Shown: positions 1 through 9,506 of the stretch, in pieces
Layout: each line of letters starts with the position of its first letter
How positions within the stretch are numbered: position 1 is the stretch's first letter
Assembly (NCBI GenBank): GCA_964636085.1
Contig: CAZWPQ010000002.1
Coordinates: 9,481-73,480, forward strand
Source of the DNA: an uncultured Nitrososphaerota archaeon
GTDB lineage: Archaea; Asgardarchaeota; Njordarchaeia; Njordarchaeales; Panguiarchaeaceae
Length of the DNA: 64,000 nt
Direction: 5' to 3'
Notes under the pieces: model-generated
Told to the model about the DNA's origin: nothing
Databases searched by the model: none
Seen by the model: only the letters and a program-made list of their open reading frames with translations
Made by a program: the position numbers and the translations under genes

Positions 1-1
1 A

Positions 2-1768
2 CAGATATTTGGTAGGTCTATATTTGCCTCGCTATATGTGGATGGACTATTTAACGATGAGTTGGAGCTGATCAGGATACTTATAAACGCAGTATTTGGG
101 GTAATGAACATAATCACATTTACGTATCAACATATAATACCATTTACTGTGGGTGGTGTTCCAGTTACTGTTAGACTCGGAATAACATTTACAGTAAACG
201 CATTTGTTAGTGGCACCGCCGTTGTGGGTGGGAATTGGACGATAGACTACTTCATGGTGGACTTTAATCCACAGATAATCGCGGGGGCATGGGCCTATGT
301 AGATGTTGCCCTTGGATTGGCAAGTGTAGGTGTGATAATATCACCAACAATAGATATACATGGTATATACGAATATGCTAGGGATTACGGTAGTTCATGG
401 TCTGTTTCTGCATCGCTAACGATACCATATAAGGTGGTGGTATCCCTATTCTTTGGTTCTATTCAAACTACAGTGCTTAGCGGAACATTAGGGCCATGGA
501 CATGGAGTACTGGAAGCAATAAATTGGATATATTATCGAGTGAGACAGTTATTGGGGAGGATCCATTTGCAAAGGAGGCACTTCTTCAGCAGGCAGACAT
601 AGAGTCCGATGGTACACAGACAATGGTTGTATGGGTGCATGGTGAGGAATTAGCATATGCGCTCTTCGATGGATATGAGTGGCACTCATACCTATTAACC
701 TATGACGGCTATCCAAAGAGCAATCCTACACTTGTAAAGATGAATGATAAGTGGATGGTTATATGGACCCAAACCGATGTTGAGGGAGATCTCAACACAT
801 TAAGATTATACTATTCAATCCTTGACGATGAGGGCTGGACTGTACCTGAACCAGTAACAGACGGGGCGTTTCCAGAGGGATATCCCAAGGCAATATATTA
901 TGATGGTAGAGTATATCTTGTGTTCCTAAGGGATCCAGATGGTGATATCTCGACAAGGGATTGGGAGTTATATTACACAGTATATGATGGGGACTCTTGG
1001 AGTGAACCTAGATGTATAAGTAGTGATGGCCCTATAGTCTCCCCAGATATCGGTGTTGTGAATGGCAGGGTAATGGTTACATTTGTCTCGGATACTGATG
1101 GTCTATTTAATACTTCGGAAAATCAGAGGATTTGGCTTTCGGATCTTAGTGGTAATATGATTCCTCTCAGCAGTGATGCTTTTGTTAAAGACCCAGCAAT
1201 AATTGAATATGATGGAGAAGCTAAGGTGGCGTGGGTTGAACTAGTCGGAGATGGAGAAGTAACTTATAAACTAGTTGTTGCGAGTGTTGGCGGCTCTGTA
1301 GAGGATATAAGTGTTGTAACTACGAGTGATAGTATGATCTCTAGGCCTAGATTTGTTGTTGATGAAAATGAGCTTCGTCTCTTCTGGATTACTGGCGAAG
1401 GGGGCCCAGATGGGGATGTTGACAGTGCTGTGTATAGTGGTGGCGAATGGATAAAGGATCTGGAGCAAAGGGATGATAAGGAGATATGGACAATAGATTA
1501 TGCAGGCGGAGGGAATGTATGGTATGGAGTATTTAGCGAGCCCTATACATATGGGGTACATGTTGTTTCGATTGATAGATCATGGTATATTTTTGCGGAT
1601 TCTCTTCCAACAGAAAAAGAACCCGAGAGATATGTTCCTCCAACGATTCAAAAGGCTCCAGTATCAATAGAGACTGTAGTCATAGGAGTGCCGCTAGGTA
1701 TACTCCTGGGCGCGATCTTGGCTATAGTGCCTATGGGGAGAAAAAGAAAATTTGTTCTACTACGCTAA
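2..1768 (+). CDS. Surface protein, C-terminal part (5' end lies outside the window). It has degenerate BNR/sialidase-like propeller repeats and a C-terminal TM anchor.
   Basis: The frame is open from nt 2, with no stop before the GTG at 38, so the gene probably starts upstream. Strand-rich units ending in D-G/D-x-x-W motifs recur (LDDEGWTVPEP, YDGDSWSEP, YSGGEWIKD). The C-terminus is a hydrophobic helix (VVIGVPLGILLGAILAIVP) followed by MGRKRK. An oligo-T tract follows the stop. Confidence 0.8.
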   Translation, partial: QIFGRSIFASLYVDGLFNDELELIRILINAVFGVMNIITFTYQHIIPFTVGGVPVTVRLGITFTVNAFVSGTAVVGGNWTIDYFMVDFNPQIIAGAWAYVDVALGLASVGVIISPTIDIHGIYEYARDYGSSWSVSASLTIPYKVVVSLFFGSIQTTVLSGTLGPWTWSTGSNKLDILSSETVIGEDPFAKEALLQQADIESDGTQTMVVWVHGEELAYALFDGYEWHSYLLTYDGYPKSNPTLVKMNDKWMVIWTQTDVEGDLNTLRLYYSILDDEGWTVPEPVTDGAFPEGYPKAIYYDGRVYLVFLRDPDGDISTRDWELYYTVYDGDSWSEPRCISSDGPIVSPDIGVVNGRVMVTFVSDTDGLFNTSENQRIWLSDLSGNMIPLSSDAFVKDPAIIEYDGEAKVAWVELVGDGEVTYKLVVASVGGSVEDISVVTTSDSMISRPRFVVDENELRLFWITGEGGPDGDVDSAVYSGGEWIKDLEQRDDKEIWTIDYAGGGNVWYGVFSEPYTYGVHVVSIDRSWYIFADSLPTEKEPERYVPPTIQKAPVSIETVVIGVPLGILLGAILAIVPMGRKRKFVLLR

Positions 1769-1790
1769 TTTCTCTTTTTTATTTATTTAT
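1769..1790 (+). terminator. Oligo-T tract directly after the stop codon (archaeal-type terminator candidate)
   Basis: TTTCTCTTTTTTATTTATTT begins right after the TAA at 1766-1768. Archaeal RNA polymerase terminates at T-runs. Confidence 0.4.
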
Positions 1791-1914
1791 TATTCTTCTA
1801 AAGCCCAAGTATTTGCAGATCAACTATATTTGTGAGCCAGTTTGGGTAGGGATTTTGTCTCGATTATATTTATGTCTTCTTATTTAGTATTTGGTTTTTT
1901 TCTTAGTGGTTTAA

Positions 1915-2832
1915 ATGCTTGATCTTGAACTCGAATATCGACATATAAGGCGTGTCAGCAAGATTTTTGAGAGGATGGAGCTAAGGAGAGATAAATATGA
2001 GGATCCAAGATATTTCCCTCCTCCTGATTGTGACGTTGAATTACAGTTGGCCTACTATACTGTTATGGTCGGCATAGACCACAGGACTAGTTCTCCCTTC
2101 GGCCAGTTCGAGGGATATGTAGATGGGGAGTTTTTCCATGGGGCAGACCTACTGTATCGTTTGGGAATGAAGATATTTGAGGAGGAACCAGAATTCTTTC
2201 TCGCCGAAAATCTTGCCAGACTCGCTAGTGAGAGGGCCATGAGGTTGATAAGCTTTAACGGAAAACCGCTTTGGGATTATCATGTAAGGACACTACTCAT
2301 AAGGGATATAGGGATAAAAGTAATGGAGTATTATGATGGTAGTTTTCGAAGGCTACTCAACATCAACACCATAGCAGAAATGATAGAAAGATTATCCATT
2401 ATGAGGGCATATGAGGATCCAGTCCACAAGAAAATCTATCTACTGGCAAAATTCCTGGATGGTCGTGGATTATTAAGATTTAGGGATCCCGAGAATTTTC
2501 ATGTCCCCGTCGACAATCATCTGGCTAGAATAGCCATCCGGCTGGGGATAGTCATGCTATCAGACTATGAACCCATAATAAAACGCATAGAAGTAACAAG
2601 AGATGAAGACATAACGATTCGAACCAAAATAATGACTGCCTGGAAGGAGGTATCCAAAATATCTGGCTACGACCCATTCACACTGGATGATTTCCTCTGG
2701 AGCTTCGGCAGAAAGATATGTACTAGGGACAATCCAAAATGCCAAAATTGCCCCCTCAATCAGGTATGCATAGCAAGAGAAAATAGGACATACTGGCCAG
2801 AGCACAGGCACACATTAACATGGTACTACTAG
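1915..2832 (+). CDS. HhH-GPD superfamily DNA-glycosylase-like protein with an endonuclease III-type [4Fe-4S] cluster loop
   Basis: The C-terminal CTRDNPKCQNCPLNQVC has C-x6-C-x2-C-x5-C spacing, as in the EndoIII/MutY iron-sulfur cluster loop. PVDNHLARIAIRLGIV resembles the vDtHv.Rv..RlG helix of HhH-GPD enzymes. Confidence 0.7.
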   Translation: MLDLELEYRHIRRVSKIFERMELRRDKYEDPRYFPPPDCDVELQLAYYTVMVGIDHRTSSPFGQFEGYVDGEFFHGADLLYRLGMKIFEEEPEFFLAENLARLASERAMRLISFNGKPLWDYHVRTLLIRDIGIKVMEYYDGSFRRLLNINTIAEMIERLSIMRAYEDPVHKKIYLLAKFLDGRGLLRFRDPENFHVPVDNHLARIAIRLGIVMLSDYEPIIKRIEVTRDEDITIRTKIMTAWKEVSKISGYDPFTLDDFLWSFGRKICTRDNPKCQNCPLNQVCIARENRTYWPEHRHTLTWYY

Positions 2833-3010
2833 TCAAAATCATTAAACACTCTAAGAGGAGAACCTTGAAATAAGGACAGCATATAGTGGCCTCTACACTG
2901 TTGTTTCTATGGCTATGAACCACATAAAAATAATAATAATAATGATTCGTATTCTAGGGCTGTAGTCAATATTAGCTTCTCTTTCCATAGGGCACAATAC
3001 TTCACAGGTT

Positions 3011-3400
3011 ATGGTTGCTATTTTTGGTTCCGGAGATCTCTATAAATCGCTGAGTCAGGAAAAGAAGTCCAAGCGTGCTGATTTTTTATTATTGATTTTT
3101 GCATATTTTTTGGTGTCTTGGATGTATACCATAATTGTGTTTTATAGATTTAAAGAACTAACACCTGAGCAAGAGGAAAAAGTTAGGGCAGAGTGGGAGC
3201 AACTTAAAAAGGGGTTTGAAAAATTTGGGGTGAGATTGGTAAGTAATAATGCCCATGCCTTCGGCACGGACTGGAATGGTTTCGTAATTTTCGAGGCAGA
3301 TGATTTCGAGAAGTATGTCAAATTCTGGAAGTGGTTCAAGGACAGGGTCAGGTGGTATATTATTAAAACAATGACAGTAATCGGTGTAAAAAAACCATAG
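3011..3400 (+). CDS. Small alpha/beta protein, tentatively GYD-domain-like. The real start is probably the ATG at 3122.
   Basis: From M38, MYTIIVFYRFKELTPEQEEK...GTDWNGFVIFEADDFEKYVKFWKWF...TMTVIGV follows the beta-alpha-beta pattern of GYD/dimeric alpha-beta barrel proteins (g.yD.v.i.EapDde). The N-terminal 37 codons look like read-in from upstream. Confidence 0.4.
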   Translation: MVAIFGSGDLYKSLSQEKKSKRADFLLLIFAYFLVSWMYTIIVFYRFKELTPEQEEKVRAEWEQLKKGFEKFGVRLVSNNAHAFGTDWNGFVIFEADDFEKYVKFWKWFKDRVRWYIIKTMTVIGVKKP

Positions 3401-3753
3401 TACCCTAATAGGTACCTAAGTTCCCCCTGTATAAAGATGCCCCATCTTGTACCCAAGATTTAGAGATGTGTCTCTAGGGAAAACATATCTGCCTATCTTT
3501 AAATTTTTTGTTTGGTTTGGAGTCTATATTCATAATACTACGTCTGTAGACACAATTTTTGATTTGTTAGATGGATGTCAACGCTGTTTAGATTTATGTT
3601 TTTTATCAAAGATAACAATTTTTTTATGGAATTTAGCAATATTTATTGGCTGGAAAGATAAGCGACAAAATGTATATTCTTTGTATTTCTATTCCTAAAT
3701 GGATAGTGGTATTGTCGCTTTAAAATTAGATTATTAAAGTTATTAATGGGTGA

Positions 3754-4446
3754 ATGGCGATTCATGTGGCGATTGTTGAGATTTTTGATCTTACAAAAAC
3801 ATATGGGAATGGTGTGGAGACCGTAGTATTTGAGGATATGGATCTCTCAATTCCAAGCTCGAAGGTTGTAGGTCTTTTTGCGCCATCTGGACTTGGTAAG
3901 AGTACATTGATATTTTTGATTGCTGGCTTAGAGAGGCCCGATAAGGGAAGGATTATTGTCGCGGGAAAGGAGATAACTAGGATGAGTGAGAAGGAACTTG
4001 CATTATTTAGAAGGCATAATGTGGGTATTGTGTTTCAATTCTTCAATCTGATCCCTACATTGACCGCCATAGAGAATGTTATGTTGCCAATGAGACTGAT
4101 AGGTATGCCCTATGATGAGGCTGGTGAAAGAGCGAAGGAATTACTTAGAAAGGTAGGTCTAGAAGAAGAGCATTATGTAAAATTCCCTGACCAACTGAGC
4201 GGTGGCCAGCAGCAGAGAGTAGCTATTGCACGTGCTCTAGCCAATAATCCTAGTATTATTCTTGCGGATGAACCAACTGGAAATTTGGATGAGGATAATG
4301 CTATTAGAATTTTTAAGCTCTTTAGGGATCTAAACAGGGCTATGGGTGTGTCCATACTTATTGCTACTCATGATGTTGAGCATGCAAAGAATTATGTGGA
4401 TATATCCCTGACTATAAGGAACAGGAAAGTTGTTGTGGTGCAGTAA
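3754..4446 (+). CDS. ABC transporter ATP-binding protein (MacB/LolD-like subfamily)
   Basis: Walker A is APSGLGKST. The ABC signature is [15 protein letters not shown]. Walker B is [12 protein letters not shown]. An H-loop (ATHD) is present. Confidence 0.95.
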   Translation: MAIHVAIVEIFDLTKTYGNGVETVVFEDMDLSIPSSKVVGLFAPSGLGKSTLIFLIAGLERPDKGRIIVAGKEITRMSEKELALFRRHNVGIVFQFFNLIPTLTAIENVMLPMRLIGMPYDEAGERAKELLRKVGLEEEHYVKFPDQLSGGQQQRVAIARALANNPSIILADEPTGNLDEDNAIRIFKLFRDLNRAMGVSILIATHDVEHAKNYVDISLTIRNRKVVVVQ

Positions 4447-6799
4447 TGTGTTTGTTTGGAGAGAGATCAAAAGACTAAGATGGAGATCACTCATAATAGT
4501 GATCCTTCTTGCATTCTCGATGGCTTTTATATCCATAATAGGGAACATGGCTAAAGGCGAGATGCTAACATTAAAGAATATAAATGAGAAGTATTCAGTG
4601 GCTGATGTAACAATTTATCTCAATGATTCATATGGCGTGGGGGATATAGAGTCTAGCGGTATAACTCAAGAGGATTGGCTTGAGAAGATAGAGTATGTGC
4701 TCTCGATCTGGGGGAACGCATATGTCTCTGGCGAGAAGACACGTATAGCGCTCTGGGGCGTAAAAGACCGGCCGAAAATAAACACGATAAACGCGCCGGA
4801 AGAGGTTTGGCATAATTTCCACGGGAATGTCGGGGTCATGGATAAAAATCTGGCCGAGACCCTTGGCTTATCGGCAAATGACATAGTATCCATATTTATT
4901 GGCAACAAAATAGTTAATGTTACAATATTGGCGCTTGTCGATATGGCATGGTCAATCTCATTTACGAGGCCAATGACAATATATATTGCTATTCCTCTCG
5001 AATTTGCGATGAATATCCTTGAACTAGACTCTGAAGAATATAACACCATACTTATGGATGTGAAGCCGGGATATGACCTAGAGAATGTGACAAATAGGAC
5101 TCTGGAATTGCTAGAGGCAAAAAATATTTCGGTCTCAACATATACAATAGTGAATATCCAGGCCCTAGAGGAATATGTGGAGCGATTTTCCCTGATATTT
5201 AGCCTACTGATGGCGCCTCTATCAATAATCGCTGCCGTGTTCATAATTATCATATTTATGTTGAAAATTTCCAATGAGGCACGTATAATAGGTGTAAAAC
5301 GTGCGTTGGGATATACACCGAGACAGATTTTTGTTGAGATAATGGTTATTGGGATGGCTCTATATATATTATCTCTCCCCGTAGGGTTCCTTTTGGATGT
5401 TGGCATGACTTATGCTGTGGCTGGTTATGTCTATAGCAAGTATTCTGGTATATCAAAGCTAATTGTTATTGTTATTGACCTAGAAGTATTTTTTAGATCC
5501 GCTATTATATGTCTATTTGCAACAATCATAGCTATATACCTCCCGGCAAGGAAGGCCAGTAGAATGAATATTTCGGATGTGATTAGATATGGTATGGAGA
5601 AACCTAGGGCCCAATATGGGAAGGGTCGGGTATATAAGAGACTGTTTATTGGCTATGCTATTAGACATTTAAAGTCGAGAAAAATGAGGAGTATGGCTAT
5701 TGTACTGGCATTTATTATTGGATTTGGCATGGCTACAGCAATCATAAATTTTATGGTGTCCCTAAACAAGGAAGGCATGGTCGCAGAAAAATTCTATAAG
5801 GCGGATATCATGATAAGCTTTAACAAGCCCAGGGATAGGGCTTCGATCATGGAAAATATAAGTAGAATTCAAGGTGTTGAGGATGTCGAGGCTATACATT
5901 TTATGTATATTGAACAAAAAAATTTTGAGTTAAATGGACGAAAGAATGGCGAACTATTCGATGTTTCTATACCAATCACAGTAATATTTTGCGAGCCAAA
6001 GACAGATCTAATAGATCCATTGTTGATCCGTGGGGGTCTCCCTAATAATGCTGACGAGGCCTTCATAAGCTATAGGTTGGCTTTAGTTTATGATGTTGAT
6101 GTAAATGACATTATTAGCATAAAGGATATGGATACTGGAGTTGTGTTGAGGCTTAAAATAACTGGTATAGGCATCACACAGAGATCTGGAGGAAAGACAA
6201 TAATAGCAATGATAGACATGGCATATCGACTAGATCTATTACCAAATGGGACAGTAAAAACTCTCCTTATAAAAACCAGCAATGATGTAGAGCCAGAATA
6301 CATAGCGAAAAAATTGATTGAATATTTTGGGGATGAAGTTGCTGAGGTCGACATTTTATCATATGGAACAGGGATCGGTGAGATGGTTCAATCTATCCAA
6401 GCCTTTTCGATATCCACACTATTTGTGATATTAATCATAGTATTTTCAATATATGTTGTTGTGAGCGTTATATCTATTCTAGAGAGAAAATATGAGATCT
6501 CTACACTGAAAAGTGTGGGAATGACAAACAACGATGTCCTCAAAATCATAGTGCTAGAGAGGACATTACTTTATTTAGTCGCGATCGCCCCTATAGTCAT
6601 GCTTTCCATAATTCTGTCGCAGGTGTTATCTGAATATTTCACCTTAGCGAGTAGTATAGAGATATATGTATTTATTGACATGTACTATCTTATAACTACC
6701 CTCATGTCCCCCCTAATAGCGATATATCTTGGTCTGTTCCCTTCCTACTTAATGATAAGAAGAATAAGTCCATCACGTGTATTCCGAGGAGTACTGTAA
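4430..6799 (+). CDS. ABC transporter permease, FtsX/MacB-type, with two FtsX-like 4-TM modules and large extracytoplasmic domains
   Basis: It overlaps or abuts the ATPase stop; the likely start is GTG 4448, right after the TAA at 4444-4446. The N-terminal TM (RSLIIVILLAFSMAF) is followed by a roughly 230-aa loop, then a TM cluster, and this arrangement occurs a second time. That topology is typical of MacB-like permeases. Confidence 0.85.
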   Translation: MLWCSNVFVWREIKRLRWRSLIIVILLAFSMAFISIIGNMAKGEMLTLKNINEKYSVADVTIYLNDSYGVGDIESSGITQEDWLEKIEYVLSIWGNAYVSGEKTRIALWGVKDRPKINTINAPEEVWHNFHGNVGVMDKNLAETLGLSANDIVSIFIGNKIVNVTILALVDMAWSISFTRPMTIYIAIPLEFAMNILELDSEEYNTILMDVKPGYDLENVTNRTLELLEAKNISVSTYTIVNIQALEEYVERFSLIFSLLMAPLSIIAAVFIIIIFMLKISNEARIIGVKRALGYTPRQIFVEIMVIGMALYILSLPVGFLLDVGMTYAVAGYVYSKYSGISKLIVIVIDLEVFFRSAIICLFATIIAIYLPARKASRMNISDVIRYGMEKPRAQYGKGRVYKRLFIGYAIRHLKSRKMRSMAIVLAFIIGFGMATAIINFMVSLNKEGMVAEKFYKADIMISFNKPRDRASIMENISRIQGVEDVEAIHFMYIEQKNFELNGRKNGELFDVSIPITVIFCEPKTDLIDPLLIRGGLPNNADEAFISYRLALVYDVDVNDIISIKDMDTGVVLRLKITGIGITQRSGGKTIIAMIDMAYRLDLLPNGTVKTLLIKTSNDVEPEYIAKKLIEYFGDEVAEVDILSYGTGIGEMVQSIQAFSISTLFVILIIVFSIYVVVSVISILERKYEISTLKSVGMTNNDVLKIIVLERTLLYLVAIAPIVMLSIILSQVLSEYFTLASSIEIYVFIDMYYLITTLMSPLIAIYLGLFPSYLMIRRISPSRVFRGVL

Positions 6800-6806
6800 T
6801 GGAGAC

Positions 6807-8453
6807 TTAGGGCCATATGACATCCACATTTAATTCTTTCAACTCATTTACCTGTTCCTTTCTGACTCTTGTGCAGCGTCTTAAGTCTATATAAACAAGG
6901 CTACCCTCTCTTGCGAGCCTAATCGCGGGAGATAGATCCACAATATTTGTGCCCGACAGTATGAGTTCTTTAAGTCGCATCAGACCACCGAGAGGCTCAA
7001 TGCTCTCTACAGGAGTGTTTGTTAGGTTAAGTTCTTCGAGCTTATGCAGTTTACTAAGTGGTAAGATATCTCTGACGTTAGTGTTCCATAGGCTTAGTTT
7101 TCTTAGATTCCTCAGGCTGGATAGTGGTGATATATCTGTTACAAGTGTACCGGCGAGAGAAAGGACTCTGAGCTCCCTTAGGTTAGATAGGGGAGAGACA
7201 TCAGATATATTTGTGTCGTATAGATAGAGTTCCTGTAGGTTCTCTAGGTATTGTAAGAATGACAAATCATCTATGTTGCTGTTGCTGAGATTAAGTATCC
7301 TCAATTGTTTGAGTGGTGCTATGTTAGAGGCGTTGGATATATAGTTTTTGCTGGAGTATAGCTCCTCAAGATTGCTGAGCCATTGTATCTTGCTAAAGTC
7401 CACATGGCCTATATGGTTTATGTGTAGAATACGGAGACCACTGAGTGCTGTTATGGGGGATAGATCCGTGATTTGAGTCGAGTCTAGATAAAGTACCCTT
7501 AATTTTTTCAAATATTTTAATGGTGTGAAGTCCATTATGTTTGTTCTCCCAATATTTAATTCTTCGAGATTATCCAGAAATGTGATGGGTCTAAGATCGA
7601 TAACGGCGGTGCCATCTATATGGAGGGATACGATTTCCTTAGATTCTTTGAGTAGATCGAGATCTGAGAAGGCGGTATTGCTTAGGTATAGATGCCTTAG
7701 TTTGGTCAAATATTTAAGTATTGAGAAGTCAGTGATTTTTGTGTTATCCGCATATAGGGTCCTTAGATTCAATGCACGGCCTATGGGTTTTATGTCGTTT
7801 ATGGGGGTGGTTCCTATGTCCAGTACTTTTAACTTGTGGTTGTTTATTAATGGTAGTAGCCTTGTAACTTTTGTCCCACGCATATATAACTCCTTAAGCA
7901 CTGTATTCTCTTCTAATGGCGAAATGTCTGAAATCTCGGTATTGCTTATGTCCAGTTTCTCCAGTTTCCATAGGCTTATTAGTGGTTCCAGGTCACTAAC
8001 TTTTGTATTGTTTAGGTAGAGCTCTACTATGTTTGTTATATCGGATAGAGGCCCTATATCTGTTATTCTTGTGTAGCTAATATCCAGGATCCTAAGACTA
8101 TCAAGTCCTATGAGTAGTTCGAGATCAGAGTTTGAAACATTAGTACCGGATAATATGAGTACCTCAAGAAACTCTATGTCGGCTATAGCTCCAAAGGATA
8201 GGAATTTTTTACAACCAGTTATATCCAGAAATCTTAGCTTTCTAAACTTCTTAACGAGCTCAAGATCCAATATCTGGACACCATGGAGATGAAGCTCAAC
8301 TATATGTGATTGCTGGACGACATAATAGGGCGTTGTATTAGTCATCTCAGACAATTTTTGGAGGGCTCTTCTTTCCTCGTCAATAGGGACATCCCTAAAG
8401 ACTTTCTTTCCTCTTGGCCTGATTTCTGGCGGTATTAGATCCATCAAAATCAC
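6807..8453 (-). CDS. Leucine-rich repeat protein with about 20 tandem 22-residue internalin-like LRRs and no signal peptide
   Basis: L..L..L.L..T.I.D(I/L).PL units recur throughout, for example LRILDISYTRITDIGPLSDITN and LEKLDISNTEISDISPLEENTV. The N-terminal 50 aa are hydrophilic. Confidence 0.9.
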   Translation of the reverse strand: MILMDLIPPEIRPRGKKVFRDVPIDEERRALQKLSEMTNTTPYYVVQQSHIVELHLHGVQILDLELVKKFRKLRFLDITGCKKFLSFGAIADIEFLEVLILSGTNVSNSDLELLIGLDSLRILDISYTRITDIGPLSDITNIVELYLNNTKVSDLEPLISLWKLEKLDISNTEISDISPLEENTVLKELYMRGTKVTRLLPLINNHKLKVLDIGTTPINDIKPIGRALNLRTLYADNTKITDFSILKYLTKLRHLYLSNTAFSDLDLLKESKEIVSLHIDGTAVIDLRPITFLDNLEELNIGRTNIMDFTPLKYLKKLRVLYLDSTQITDLSPITALSGLRILHINHIGHVDFSKIQWLSNLEELYSSKNYISNASNIAPLKQLRILNLSNSNIDDLSFLQYLENLQELYLYDTNISDVSPLSNLRELRVLSLAGTLVTDISPLSSLRNLRKLSLWNTNVRDILPLSKLHKLEELNLTNTPVESIEPLGGLMRLKELILSGTNIVDLSPAIRLAREGSLVYIDLRRCTRVRKEQVNELKELNVDVIWP

Positions 8454-8610
8454 TTGAAGACCCTAATACTAAAAACTATATGAAATAAATCTAGACAATA
8501 TAGACAAACCATTATATAATATATAATTAAAGTCTCTGATTCATACGATCGCTGTTTTGCCCTGTTGAGTAATCAAAAAAGCGTATCTGTTTTTAATTAC
8601 TAAAACATCG

Positions 8611-9468
8611 TTGCCACCTGCATTTTGTGGTTATAAATTGTATTTCCATAATTATTCTAATAGGACATTGTCGAAATTTACTATGGTCTTGCCTATGTTT
8701 TGTGCTTTTAAGGAGAGGTTTTTTGATTACATGGAAGGGAAGGATAGGTCATACGAATGTAGAGAGCGAGCTATTAAGGATGGGCTTTGTCTATTTCACC
8801 ATGATAAATACTGGATTGACCATCCTGAAGAGGTTCTGAATGCGTTCATGGGCAAGCTTGAGGAGTCGATGGATAAGGGGGATAATTTATTGTGTATTGG
8901 CTATCATTTGCCTAATGTGGATCTGAGTATGAAGGAGATTTCCATACCGATGTATTTTTTATATTCTGTATTCCATGGCAAAGCTGTATTTGCTAGATCC
9001 ATATTTATGGGTATTGTTGATTTTAGCATGGCGAAGTTTGCTAGTGATGTTGTGTTCAATAGCGCAAAATTTATGAGTGATGCATATTTCAGTTTCTCTA
9101 ATTTTCAGTCAGCTGCCTACTTTAGGCTTGTAGAGTTTGGAGGAAAACTGGATTTCACAAATGTAAAGTTTGATGGCGATGCCATATTTTGGAGCTGTAG
9201 GTTTATAAAGGATACGGATTTTAGTGGCTCTGAATTCGGCGGAGTTGCTGATTTCAGGCTGTCGAGGTTTTATATGGAAGCCGATTTTAGCTATGCAAGT
9301 TTTAGGTATGCTAGATTCTATGATGCAATGTTTGGGGGCTATGTTTCGTTTAGATATGCCAAGTTTATGGAGAATGTAGACTTTAGGAAGGCAAAGTTCA
9401 GGGCTGGTAAAGACTTTACAAATATAGTTTTGCCAAAAGGTAGGGAGAAAATTGGAGCTTTCGTCTAA
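8611..9468 (+). CDS. Pentapeptide-repeat protein with an N-terminal Cys/His motif. The likely start is ATG 8683.
   Basis: A long run of A(D/N)(F/L)xx-type pentapeptides is present (AVFARSIFMGIVDFSMAKFASDVVFNSAKFMSDAYFSFSNFQSAAYF...). The N-terminus carries YECRERAIKDGLCLFHH. A TTATAAAT box at about 8632 favours the ATG at 8683. Confidence 0.8.
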   Translation: MPPAFCGYKLYFHNYSNRTLSKFTMVLPMFCAFKERFFDYMEGKDRSYECRERAIKDGLCLFHHDKYWIDHPEEVLNAFMGKLEESMDKGDNLLCIGYHLPNVDLSMKEISIPMYFLYSVFHGKAVFARSIFMGIVDFSMAKFASDVVFNSAKFMSDAYFSFSNFQSAAYFRLVEFGGKLDFTNVKFDGDAIFWSCRFIKDTDFSGSEFGGVADFRLSRFYMEADFSYASFRYARFYDAMFGGYVSFRYAKFMENVDFRKAKFRAGKDFTNIVLPKGREKIGAFV

Positions 9469-9506
9469 TCTTTGCTCCTAGTGTTCTATGGGAATAAGTT
9501 GCCTAT

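Noticed and set aside
3447-3698. An 83-aa ORF in the T-rich spacer upstream of the ABC transporter. The similar ORF at 1582-1887 overlaps the 3' end of the first gene.
   Set aside because: Both are Phe/Leu/Ile-rich translations of T-rich intergenic or terminator DNA. They have no RBS or TATA at a sensible distance and no motifs.
4666-5406. A 246-aa minus-strand ORF inside the ABC permease gene. Similar antisense or alternative-frame ORFs occur at 15638-16222, 32612-33157, 7525-8019, 24698-25084, 41931-42263 and 58795-59253.
   Set aside because: Each is embedded opposite to, or out of frame with, a gene that has clear family motifs. The translations are low-complexity and lack start-site signals.
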